Source: an uncultured Fibrobacterota bacterium (GTDB lineage: Bacteria; Fibrobacterota; Chitinivibrionia; Chitinivibrionales; FEN-1185). From it: a stretch of 64,000 nt of DNA. The notes under the pieces were generated by a model, which was given only the letters and a program-made list of their open reading frames with translations, was not told the origin of the DNA and made no database searches. The position numbers and the translations under genes are program-made. Positions 8,145 to 17,201 of this stretch are shown here, piece by piece (position 1 is the first letter of the stretch; each line of letters starts with the position of its first letter). The stretch is taken from the NCBI GenBank assembly GCA_963729895.1, contig CAVSQB010000008.1, forward strand, positions 1-64,000. Reading direction: 5' to 3'.

Positions 8145-10097
8145 TTATTTTGACATTCTCGCGCTCTTATACAGCCCCAGCGCCCACAGCGGAAAGTACT
8201 CGCGGTACATATCGTAATGAAGCATCGCGGACGTAAAGAACACGCCCGCTACGCCTTCCCGGGGCCATTGCCCGTCCCGCTGCCGCTCCACGAGCAGGCC
8301 GATGCCGCGGTCGATAACGGCCCGGCGGGGATCTTTCGCAAGAAGCAAGGCGACAAGCGCCCAGGCGGTCTGGATCACCTGGCTCTTGGGATGTTCGATG
8401 TACCGCCCCTCCACCACGCCGGACCAGTGCTCTCCCCACCCGCCGTCGCTCTTCTGGTGACGCACCAGCCAATCGCAGGCCCTGCGGACCGCACCGGCGT
8501 GGGCCGCCGCGTCGCGCGCCAGAAGGCCGCGGACCGCGAACAGGGTCCCGTACGTGTAATTGATCCCCCAGAAACCCGGCCACGCGCCGTCCGGCTGTTG
8601 CGCGCGCAGAACAAAGCGCTCCCCGCTCCGCACGGCGCCGGATATTGTCTTTGTCAATTGATGCCCCGGGAACGCCGTTACGAACCGGGCCAGCGCGCAC
8701 AAGGCCGATCCGGTGCATTCCACGTACGAGTGTTCCACCATGCAGCCGCCGAACATTTCGGATGCGTTGAGGCGTTCGAGCGCAACGCTGCCGCGGCGGC
8801 GTTCATACGAACCCCACCCGCCGTTTTTGTTCCGGCGCGCCAGCAGGAAACGCACCCCTGCCTCGAACGCGGCGGGCGTTACCGTCTCGATGTTCCGCTC
8901 CCGCAAACTCAAGAGCGCCGCCACGGCCTCGGCGGTGGTGTCGCTCACCGGCCAGCCGTGGTACGCGTCGGAAAAACACCAGCCGCCGCTGCGGCCGCTG
9001 CGAAAGAACCGCCGGCCGTCCGGCAGTTCCGCCGACGCCTGGTTTGCTTTCAGAAAGGAAGCCGCCCGGGCAAGGCCGGACATAAAGGAATCATCGGGCC
9101 CGGCCGCGCACGCCGCCTCCACCACAAACGACGTGTCCCAGGTCTGGCTGCGCGCGCCGCAGCAGCGCGCCCCTTCCGCGTCCATCCAAAGCCATCGTTC
9201 CACGCCGGCAAACGACGGCGCAAGGTCCGCATGGTTCGGGTCTGCGGCATGCAGGGCCAGAATGTTGAGCACACCGTTGACAGGAGAGAGCGCGGCATAC
9301 TGCGTGGACCCTTGTTCGTATTCGATGCGCGCAAGCACGGAGGCGAGCGCGCGCCGGCGAAGCGCCGCCGGGACGCACGCCTCCACGATGTTCAGAACGG
9401 CGTAGGCCGCCTTGAGCGCACCCGAAGGTGCAACAAGACAATCACGGTGAGCAAGGCGGTTCCTGGCGCCCGGAAAATCGAGAGACGCGTAGGGAGCGCC
9501 GTACAATTCCTCGCGCAATGCAATGCACAGCGCGTCCGGCTCCCGGCAAAACCGGTTGCCCCACAGATAGCACATGCCCAGATAGATCAGTCTCGTATGG
9601 CAATACCACCGCGAAGGGTGGAACGGAAGCCACGGAGGCAGGAGCCACAGCTCGGGGGAAAGCGGGTGTATCCCCGCGTACTCGTAGAGGTTGCAAAACG
9701 CAAGCCACAGCTTGCCCCAAGTCGGAATGCAAAGGGGCGTCCCGAGCTTGCGGATAAGGGCCCGGGCCGCGGCGAGGCGTTCGTCGCCGGCCGGCACGTC
9801 CAGAAAGCGCATGGCCACGTACACGAGGGTGGTCACAAACAGGTAGGCCCCGGATTCCGGGTGCAGCCCCCAGCCGCCCTCGCCGGTTTGCTGCTTCCAA
9901 AAGTAGGTAAGGCATTTCTCGCGGAAAGGGGCAGCAACGTCTTTCCCCGCGATCCGGCATACTATAAGGTATTGGGCCAGGATAACGGGCGACCACACTA
10001 CCTCGCCTTCCCATTCTCCGCTCCGGGCCTGGGCCAACGCAAGGCGGCCAAGGCCGCTCTTGATTGCTTCACAAACAGAAACCCAAAGCTCACCCAT
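8145..10097 (-). CDS. Oxidosqualene-cyclase-type triterpene cyclase
   Basis: 650 aa. OSC-type motifs PTWGKLWL, WYCHTR, SQTWDT, HGWPVSDTTAE (not the SHC DXDD), YVECT, WGINYTYGT, SQVIQTAWAL, YREYFPLWALG; QW repeats. Confidence 0.9.
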   Translation of the reverse strand: MGELWVSVCEAIKSGLGRLALAQARSGEWEGEVVWSPVILAQYLIVCRIAGKDVAAPFREKCLTYFWKQQTGEGGWGLHPESGAYLFVTTLVYVAMRFLDVPAGDERLAAARALIRKLGTPLCIPTWGKLWLAFCNLYEYAGIHPLSPELWLLPPWLPFHPSRWYCHTRLIYLGMCYLWGNRFCREPDALCIALREELYGAPYASLDFPGARNRLAHRDCLVAPSGALKAAYAVLNIVEACVPAALRRRALASVLARIEYEQGSTQYAALSPVNGVLNILALHAADPNHADLAPSFAGVERWLWMDAEGARCCGARSQTWDTSFVVEAACAAGPDDSFMSGLARAASFLKANQASAELPDGRRFFRSGRSGGWCFSDAYHGWPVSDTTAEAVAALLSLRERNIETVTPAAFEAGVRFLLARRNKNGGWGSYERRRGSVALERLNASEMFGGCMVEHSYVECTGSALCALARFVTAFPGHQLTKTISGAVRSGERFVLRAQQPDGAWPGFWGINYTYGTLFAVRGLLARDAAAHAGAVRRACDWLVRHQKSDGGWGEHWSGVVEGRYIEHPKSQVIQTAWALVALLLAKDPRRAVIDRGIGLLVERQRDGQWPREGVAGVFFTSAMLHYDMYREYFPLWALGLYKSARMSK

Positions 10098-10100
10098 GGC

Positions 10101-11204
10101 CTACACCTTTGCGAGCACGAACGCCGACAGCTTCTGGAACAACGGAAGCGTCCCGATCCCGGCCGCGGCCGGGAATACCGGGCCGGCCGCAAAGGACCGG
10201 AACAGCGCCGACACGCGAAGGGTCGCGGCGAATCGCCGTCGCAGGGAGCGCCCGTACCCGGCCAGCGCTTCCGCGCTCACGCGCGGTCCCGCTATCGCTT
10301 CGGCAATGGCGGCCGCGGCCAGCTCCCCGCTCTCCAGCGCGTACGCGATGCCTTCCCCTGTGGTGCAATTGACCAGGCCGGCGCTCTCCCCCGCCCGTAG
10401 CACGCATCCGTCAACAACGCGGCCGATTGCGCCGCCGCACCGCAGCGGCGCTCCCCTGCGGCCGCCCGCCTGGCGGGCCTGCCCGAGCCGCGAAGAAAAA
10501 TAACGGTCCAGGATGTAGTCGAACGTTTCGTGCAGCGACGTGGCGGAACCCCGGTTCATCGCCATGAACCCGATATTCACGCACCCGTCAGGCTCGGGAA
10601 AAAGCCATGCATAATAGGGCAGCAGGCGCGGGGAATAGATCATTTCCATTTCGGAAGGATTGTGCGGAAAGTCCGCATACCGCGCCATGATCGAGGCCAC
10701 CATGTTCTTCGGGGCAGGGTGCTGCGGAGACAGACCGTCCAGCGCCCCGGCCGCCACCACCACGGCCGCGGCCTCAATATCGCCCGCCGAAGTGGCCACA
10801 ACCGCGCCGTTTTTTGCGGGCTCAATCGACAGGACTCTTGTGGACGGCCGGAAATCGACGCCGGCGCGCACGGCCCGCTCCACCAGCAGGGCGTCAAACC
10901 GGTCGCGCGGCAGCACCAGCGCCATGTCGGCCGGAGAAACGAGCCGGGCGCTTTTTCCGGAGGGAGCGGTGAAACGCAGGCTCCTGATTTTGACGGAGGA
11001 GTTCTCCACCGCGGCGAGCATTCCCCGGCGGGAAAGCCACTGCCGCGCGCGGGGCCCAAGCCCGCCGGCGCAGGTTTTCGGCCGCGGCCAGGACTTTTTT
11101 TCGAAGAGCTTGACACATCGGCATCCGCGCTCCGCAAGCATCCGGGCGGCGGTCGCGCCGGCCGGTCCGGCGCCGATAACGCACAGCGGAAGGTCCGACC
11201 CCAT
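10101..11204 (-). CDS. Geranylgeranyl-reductase-family FAD-dependent oxidoreductase
   Basis: Start at MGSDLPLCVIGAGPAG (TAATG overlap with the U32 stop); PRPKTCAGGL, YAWLFP, GESAGLVNCTTGEGIAYA. Confidence 0.85.
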   Translation of the reverse strand: MGSDLPLCVIGAGPAGATAARMLAERGCRCVKLFEKKSWPRPKTCAGGLGPRARQWLSRRGMLAAVENSSVKIRSLRFTAPSGKSARLVSPADMALVLPRDRFDALLVERAVRAGVDFRPSTRVLSIEPAKNGAVVATSAGDIEAAAVVVAAGALDGLSPQHPAPKNMVASIMARYADFPHNPSEMEMIYSPRLLPYYAWLFPEPDGCVNIGFMAMNRGSATSLHETFDYILDRYFSSRLGQARQAGGRRGAPLRCGGAIGRVVDGCVLRAGESAGLVNCTTGEGIAYALESGELAAAAIAEAIAGPRVSAEALAGYGRSLRRRFAATLRVSALFRSFAAGPVFPAAAGIGTLPLFQKLSAFVLAKV

Positions 11205-12502
11205 TATGCCGAACGTTTGGCGAGCTGCATCACTTCCTTCGACAGCTCCTGGGTGTAGGCAATCGCCGATTTGTAGTACGGTTCCCAGAACGCGCCGGAA
11301 TGCAGGTCGCCCAGGAGGCCGTCGTACACCTCCATCATGCCCGTTTTCCAGAGAGGATCTATGGCAACGGCCTTGTCGGCCCATTGGTGGCAGTAGCGGC
11401 ACTCGTCGCAGTCGCGCGCGGCGCAACTGTTGGTGCGGAAGAATTCGATGAAGCCGTCGAGCTTCCGGTTGTCGATAAAGACCGGATTGGGCCCGCGCAG
11501 GGGGTACAGCACGCCGGCCATTTTCCCGAATTTGATGACCTTCATGAACTTGAGGAGGTTCACGGCCGTGGGCTTCACAAAGTATTTGAGCAGCCGCCGC
11601 ATGGAATACGACTCTTTTTCCGACTCCGCGAACTTCTCGTACGGGTAGGCGTAATTCTGGAACAGTTCGAGCAGGTTACCCTCGTGGCGCCGGTTGTGGT
11701 AGGCCTTCACCCGCTCCACAAGGATCCTGGTCGGCGTGTTGCGTTCCACGATCTTGAAGTTCTCGTACCCCAGGTCTTCGTAGTAGTGAAGGTCTTCGGG
11801 CCGTATCCAGTTGGCGCGGACGTAATTGACGGGGTCCAGCAGCCGGATGTGGTTGCAGAAAATGGAACAGTAGTCCAGCGGAAACCCGCGCGATCCCTTT
11901 TGTGAAGCATTGTTGAGCGACACGGCGTGAATGCCGGCAATGGCGCAGTCCTGGCGGCACCAGTTGTTCACGATCAACTGGAGCTCCACCCGGTCGCCGG
12001 CCGCCTTGCGCATGGCTTCGAGCACCTTGAACTCGCGGTAGATGCCCACCTCCGAAATAACGATGTAGTCCGCGCCCTCGTCCGCCCAGAACCGGATCTT
12101 GCGCGGATCGTCGGTGTACCGGTGCGAACTGATGCGGACCTTGATCCGCGGGTAGCGCGCCTTGATCAGTTTGAGAAAGAACGGGGTGGCAACCGTCACC
12201 GAATCCACGCCCATGGCTTCCAGCCATTCGAACATTTCGGCGATCTTCCTTTGCCCCTGGCGGGTGAACTCCATGTTTCCCATGGTTGAGGCGTTCAGGA
12301 GATAGTTGAACGCTATGTGTTGCCCGTGGTACTTTTCCACGTAGGACTTGAGTTTGCTTTCGTTCACCGACGGCAAATAAAACGACGGCCTGCCGCCGCC
12401 GAAATGATCGGTGGTGAGCTTGCCGTAGATTTCGTACACGGGATACGGCTTCAGGCCATCGAGCAGCGCGTCATCAAAATTACACGCAACGGAAAACTTC
12501 AT
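11204..12502 (-). CDS. Peptidase U32-family Fe-S protein
   Basis: 432 aa; FNYLLNA, NNWCRQDC, DYCSIFC, WIRPEDL..YEDLG.ENFKIVER; C-terminal CAARDCDECRYC. Confidence 0.85.
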   Translation of the reverse strand: MKFSVACNFDDALLDGLKPYPVYEIYGKLTTDHFGGGRPSFYLPSVNESKLKSYVEKYHGQHIAFNYLLNASTMGNMEFTRQGQRKIAEMFEWLEAMGVDSVTVATPFFLKLIKARYPRIKVRISSHRYTDDPRKIRFWADEGADYIVISEVGIYREFKVLEAMRKAAGDRVELQLIVNNWCRQDCAIAGIHAVSLNNASQKGSRGFPLDYCSIFCNHIRLLDPVNYVRANWIRPEDLHYYEDLGYENFKIVERNTPTRILVERVKAYHNRRHEGNLLELFQNYAYPYEKFAESEKESYSMRRLLKYFVKPTAVNLLKFMKVIKFGKMAGVLYPLRGPNPVFIDNRKLDGFIEFFRTNSCAARDCDECRYCHQWADKAVAIDPLWKTGMMEVYDGLLGDLHSGAFWEPYYKSAIAYTQELSKEVMQLAKRSA

Positions 12503-12744
12503 TTCAACCTCGTGGTCCGGCGCTTGGGGAAAATAACGTCATGATCCATCCAATCCGGCAAAAAATGCCCGGATAGAAAACTGAAAGCAATATCCAGGCC
12601 CATTCTCGCGCAACCCGATCGCGTGAGAGGGCAAATAAAAATAGGTGCATGGCATTGTCCTGTCAAGACATAAGAATCCGGGAGCCGCAATAGTATTCTC
12701 TTATCTTTACCCCAATAGCAATAGCTGGAGTAAATGGGTCAAGA

Positions 12745-13600
12745 CTTGGGCGCCCCGCCGAGTACGACGGCGGCCCTCCTTTCAGGCTCGGCCGGTTGGC
12801 CTCGGTGCTGCCTGTCCCTACCGCCTTCGGCGTGGGATCAGGCAGTACCGCGCTCCTGCGCACCTTCCAGTCCGGCCTAGCGCTTGGCAGAAGGCAATGT
12901 CCACAATTGTCAAGATAGATCGAATTACTAATGGTTGAAAAGTTGATGAGTTAGTTCGGTTGAGAATTTTGTAACCGGGTGCCGCTACCGTGCGCGCAAC
13001 AATATCTACATGCGAATTAAATGCATCTGCTTGGCTGAGCCGGGCGACCCCCAAGTGAATTTATTTGCGAGAATCGAATTACTGGATACTAGACAAATAC
13101 ATCTGGATAGCTGTGCCGGAAATATCGATTATCAAATCGATAATAAAATGCTTTTGGATAGCTGTGCCGGGTGACCCCATAGGTGGAGTGGTGGCAAGAA
13201 TCCAATCTTGCGTTGTGGGGCACCCACGAGATGTCGCTGGACAGACAAAGTCTTGAATGCATTATCTCATAGAAGAAGTTGACAATTGCTGCAATTATCT
13301 TTTGTCCAGCGTTAGGTGGACCGCAGGGTGCGCGAGAGCGCAGGGCTGCCTGACCCGGGCCGCTGATTGTCGAGTGCCGCTCCCCTCGATACATCCCTGC
13401 GGGACACTCGGGGAGCGGCGTATCGAGACACAGCGGCATAGGGCAGGCGGCACCGAGGCAAATAGCCGACGACCCTTGGGAGCACCCGAAGGGGTGGCCC
13501 GGAGGAAGACCGACCCGAGCGCAGCGAGGGTAACGCCCAAGTCTTTATCTTGATATTCGCTGCACCCGCTCAGCAATCCAAAACTGAATTATCTATTTAT
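12745..13600. repeat. Modular repeat copy R2
   Basis: 12746-13001 is nearly identical to 14193-14445; GGGTGACCCC module at about 13160-13225. Confidence 0.85.
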
Positions 13601-13687
13601 CGCTGCACCCACAAATAGATTATTTTTCCCCCAGTGTAAAAGGCCGATACCGGCCGGAACCACAAACAATCTCCTCACAGGACCATA

Positions 13688-14149
13688 GTGCGCAACTTCC
13701 TCATTCCGGTTGCCGTCTGCGCCGTCGCCCTTGCGGTCCCGCTGCACGCGGCGCGGCCCAGTTGCGCCAGTCAAGGGGCCGTGCACGCCCAGGATTCGGT
13801 GAGGCTGGATTATTCGTGGCCGGTTATCTACCGGGTCTACCGGACGTACGGAAGGTGCGACAATAATGCGTACTTCTCGGAGGCTTTTTCAACGGGCATC
13901 ATAAAAGCCCTCGCAAAAAAATGGGATTCGCTTCCCGAGCTCCGGGACATCGCGGCAGCCGACCCGGCCTTCCTCGATTTTGTGCTTCTCCACATAGACG
14001 CCACCGCCGATTATGCCGCCATCAAGACAATCCTCGACAACACCGGCAAGCGCTGCCCCAAGAAATGCGAATCGCTGTGCGACCGGGTGCGCAGGAGAAC
14101 CGCGCGCGCGGCCTCGATGCTCGAACGGATGATGGAAGAGCAAAAATAA
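13688..14149 (+). CDS. Hypothetical exported protein
   Basis: Signal-peptide-like N-terminus; Cys pairs; FLDFVLLHIDAT. Confidence 0.65.
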   Translation: MRNFLIPVAVCAVALAVPLHAARPSCASQGAVHAQDSVRLDYSWPVIYRVYRTYGRCDNNAYFSEAFSTGIIKALAKKWDSLPELRDIAAADPAFLDFVLLHIDATADYAAIKTILDNTGKRCPKKCESLCDRVRRRTARAASMLERMMEEQK

Positions 14150-14184
14150 AACCTCCAACAAAAATAGGGCGTTCCCCGATCAAC

Positions 14185-14505
14185 AGCAATTCTGGGCGCC
14201 CCGTCCCCGCCGGGACGGCGGCCCTCCTTTCAGGCTCGGCCGGTTGGCCTCGGTGCTGCCTGTCCCTACCGCCTTCGGCGTGGGATCAGGCAGTACCGCG
14301 CTCCTGCGCACCTTCCAGTCCGGCCTGGCGCTTGGCAGAAGGCAATGTCCACAATTGTCAAGATAGAGTTACTAATGGTCGAAAAGTTGACGAGTTGGTT
14401 CGGATGAGAATTTTGTAACCGGGTACCGCTACGGTGCGCGCAACAGAAGGTACGGGCTTGCCACGGGTACACCTACGCCGCACCGGCTCAGCAATCCAAA
14501 ATCCA
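14185..14505. repeat. Modular repeat copy R3
   Basis: Direct repeat of 12746-13001 plus the gcaccggctcagcaatccaaaa module. Confidence 0.85.
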
Positions 14506-15543
14506 ATCAAATGTATAGTGCCCCGTCTCCTTCAAAATCTCCAGCGCGGCGACAAAATCCTGCGGAAACGGCGCACAAATCGTCTGTTCCTTGTTTGTAA
14601 ACGGGTGAACAAAGGAGATGCTCCGCGCGTGGAGCGCGTGGCGGTCAAAGCACTTGAAAATACCGTGCGCAAACGGCCTGTCGAGCACGGCGAGCCGGTT
14701 CACCGCCTCGGTTCCGCCGCCGTACAATGCGTCGGCAAGCACGGGAAAGCCGCTCGCGCTCGCATGCACCCGTATCTGGTGCGTCCTGCCCGTGCGCGGC
14801 GAGAATTGCACCACGCTCACGCCGGATGCGTGCGCGAGCAACCGGTAATCGGTGACCGCTTCCTTGCCGTCGCGCCTCACCGACCGCTTTATCCGGTCTC
14901 GCCGCGACCGGCCCAGCGGTTCGCGTATCGTTCCTGCGGCGTCGGGACGCCTGCCGACGCAGATTCCCACGTACTGTTTTTTGATTTCGCGCGATGCAAA
15001 CAGGGCGGCCAGCGCGGCGTGCGCAGCGTCGGTTTTTGCAACGAGCACCACGCCGGACGTGTCCTTGTCGAGCCGGTGCACGATGCCGGGCCGGTCCGGC
15101 TGCGATCCCGCCGACAGCGTGCGCACATGATAGAGCAGCGCGTGGACGAGTGTTGCGTCGCCGGTGCCGCTGCCGGGATGGATCACCATGCCCGCGGGCT
15201 TGTTGACGGCAAGCAGCGCATCGTCCTCGTAGAGGATATCAAGCGGAATCCGGCGGGAAACCGGGCCCGCGTGTGAAGGCGCGGCGGTTACCGATAGGTC
15301 AATGTCAACGAGGTCGCCGCTTTTTACCAGGGCTTTCTTCGCGGCGGTCCTGCCGTTGAGGGTCACCTGTTTGTTTCCGATGTATTTCTGGATTTTCGCG
15401 CGAGACAGCGACGGAAGGTTCCCGGCGAGGAAGACGTCGAGCCGCTCCCCCGCCGTTCCTTCGCCCGCCGTCAAGTGGACGGCCCGGGACGACGCTCCCG
15501 AGCAACCGGCCGCCGGCGGAGCAGGGTCGGAGGAAAGCAGCAT
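14488..15543 (-). CDS. rluD: RluA/RluD-family 23S rRNA pseudouridine synthase
   Basis: S4 domain, VNKPAGM, HRLDKDTSG, GRTHQIRVH; follows lspA. Confidence 0.9.
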   Translation of the reverse strand: MLLSSDPAPPAAGCSGASSRAVHLTAGEGTAGERLDVFLAGNLPSLSRAKIQKYIGNKQVTLNGRTAAKKALVKSGDLVDIDLSVTAAPSHAGPVSRRIPLDILYEDDALLAVNKPAGMVIHPGSGTGDATLVHALLYHVRTLSAGSQPDRPGIVHRLDKDTSGVVLVAKTDAAHAALAALFASREIKKQYVGICVGRRPDAAGTIREPLGRSRRDRIKRSVRRDGKEAVTDYRLLAHASGVSVVQFSPRTGRTHQIRVHASASGFPVLADALYGGGTEAVNRLAVLDRPFAHGIFKCFDRHALHARSISFVHPFTNKEQTICAPFPQDFVAALEILKETGHYTFDWILDC

Positions 15544-15546
15544 GGG

Positions 15547-16152
15547 TCAACCGGGCGCGGCGGCGTTGTCCGCCCCGGCCGGAGCGTCCTTCATCTTCTG
15601 CTTCCTGCTTTCCAGAACGAAATTCAGGAGCATGATGATCACCCCGAAGGTGACGTAGACATCCGCCATATTGAAAATGGCCCAGTACACCGTGTCGGAA
15701 ATGCCGAGCCTCACAAAGTCAACCACTCCAAGCCGGGCATGCATGATCCTGTCCCACAGGTTCCCGAGTGCGCCCGGCATGATAAGCGATATTCCCCATT
15801 GCATCAAGGCGTCGGTCTTCTTGAGGCTCGAAAAATAGGCGAGCACCACGACAACCGCCAGGGTGGTGAACACGAAGAAGAAACCGTTGAGCGGGAACCA
15901 CGGAAGAATTCTTCGCGGATCGAGCCCCCAGATGGCCGCCTTGTTGAACACGAGGACGAACTGGGCATAGGGGCCCAGCACGTCGACAGGCACGCCCGCC
16001 TTCAGGTTGGCAACGGCGAGATGCTTGGTAAACAGGTCGAGCGCCAGACCGGCAACGGTCACGGCAAAGAACAGGTACCATTTCCGGTCAATCTTCAACT
16101 GCACTGCTGCCTCCCGAAACGATCCTGCCAAACTGGTTTCTTCGTATCGCAC
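15547..16152 (-). CDS. lspA: Lipoprotein signal peptidase (true start may be slightly downstream)
   Basis: GALGNLWDR, VVDF and FNMAD motifs. Confidence 0.9.
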   Translation of the reverse strand: MRYEETSLAGSFREAAVQLKIDRKWYLFFAVTVAGLALDLFTKHLAVANLKAGVPVDVLGPYAQFVLVFNKAAIWGLDPRRILPWFPLNGFFFVFTTLAVVVVLAYFSSLKKTDALMQWGISLIMPGALGNLWDRIMHARLGVVDFVRLGISDTVYWAIFNMADVYVTFGVIIMLLNFVLESRKQKMKDAPAGADNAAAPG

Positions 16153-16352
16153 CCACCAAAATCAGTCGTGTCCAGGCAAAATCACGGTAAACGTACCTGT
16201 CAACTTTTTTGTGTCGTGCGCCCCCTGAAATTCAATCCTCTATATCCCCCCTTCGGGGGGATTTTTAGGGGGGCTCTGATTAACCGGACATTCATTAACA
16301 AAAATAAATCATCGCTGACAGGCAGGATTCTATATTTTGATTGGTTGCACCA

Positions 16353-17201
16353 ATGCGCCTGACATCTTACCTGAAACTTCTTCGCCCTGCCAACCTGCTC
16401 ATGCTCGCGCTCGGGGTGGGCCTTGGTTTCTGGCTCGGACACGCACCCGGGAACGCGCTCACCCTCGCCGCACTCGTAATCGCGGCCGCGTGTGCGGCAG
16501 GCTTCGGCAACGTGGTGAACGATATCGCGGATATCGCGACGGACAAGATAAGCCATCCCGGGCGGCCGCTTGCCACAGGCGAATTGCCGGCAGCCGCCGC
16601 AGCGGCGTTCGCCGCCGCGCTTGCATGCATGGGGACCGCTGCCGCATTCCTCGCCTCGTGGCAGCACGGCCTGGGCGCGCTTGTTCCCCTCGGCTTGCTT
16701 CTCTTGTACGCCTTGTTCTTCAAGGCCACGCCTCTCATAGGCAACATGCTGGTGAGCGTCCTTGTCGGATACGGAATTGTTTTCGGCGGCCTGCTCGGCG
16801 CCGGCTTGCACAGGCTTGTCGTTCCCGCGATCCTCGCGTTCCTGCTCAATACGTCAAGGGAAATCGTCAAGGATGTCCAGGATGAAAAAGGTGACCGGCT
16901 GGCCGGGTTAAAGACCACGGCCTCGCTTCCCCATCCTGTCATCAAAACAATTATTGCCGGGTGCGGTATCCTGTACGCGGCCCTCGTGGCGGTTCCATTC
17001 CTGCTGCACGACTTCGGCGTCGCCTACGCCCTTGTCTGCCTTGTCGCCGTTGCGCCGCTTCACTTGTACTGGTGCATTCTGTTCTTTAAGCCGGATTGGG
17101 AGCGCACCGCCGGGACAATATCCTCGCTTATCAAGTACGAAATGGCCTGCGGGCTTGCCGCGCTGGCAGTGGACGGATTCGTGCATGCCGTGATGAGGTA
17201 G
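16353..17201 (+). CDS. UbiA-family prenyltransferase, DGGGP-synthase-like
   Basis: LLRPAN, NDIADIATDKISHPGRP and REIVKDVQDEKGD motifs; multiple TM segments. Confidence 0.85.
   Translation: MRLTSYLKLLRPANLLMLALGVGLGFWLGHAPGNALTLAALVIAAACAAGFGNVVNDIADIATDKISHPGRPLATGELPAAAAAAFAAALACMGTAAAFLASWQHGLGALVPLGLLLLYALFFKATPLIGNMLVSVLVGYGIVFGGLLGAGLHRLVVPAILAFLLNTSREIVKDVQDEKGDRLAGLKTTASLPHPVIKTIIAGCGILYAALVAVPFLLHDFGVAYALVCLVAVAPLHLYWCILFFKPDWERTAGTISSLIKYEMACGLAALAVDGFVHAVMR

Noticed and set aside
8145..10097. Squalene-hopene cyclase (hopanoid) call
   Set aside because: No DXDD motif; the motifs throughout match the OSC pattern and no hpn genes are adjacent.
8217..10400. 727-aa plus-strand ORF
   Set aside because: Antisense shadow of the GC-rich cyclase and reductase genes; no recognisable motifs.
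7170..13600. CRISPR array
   Set aside because: Repeats are long, degenerate and irregularly spaced, with no unique spacers of constant length and no cas genes.
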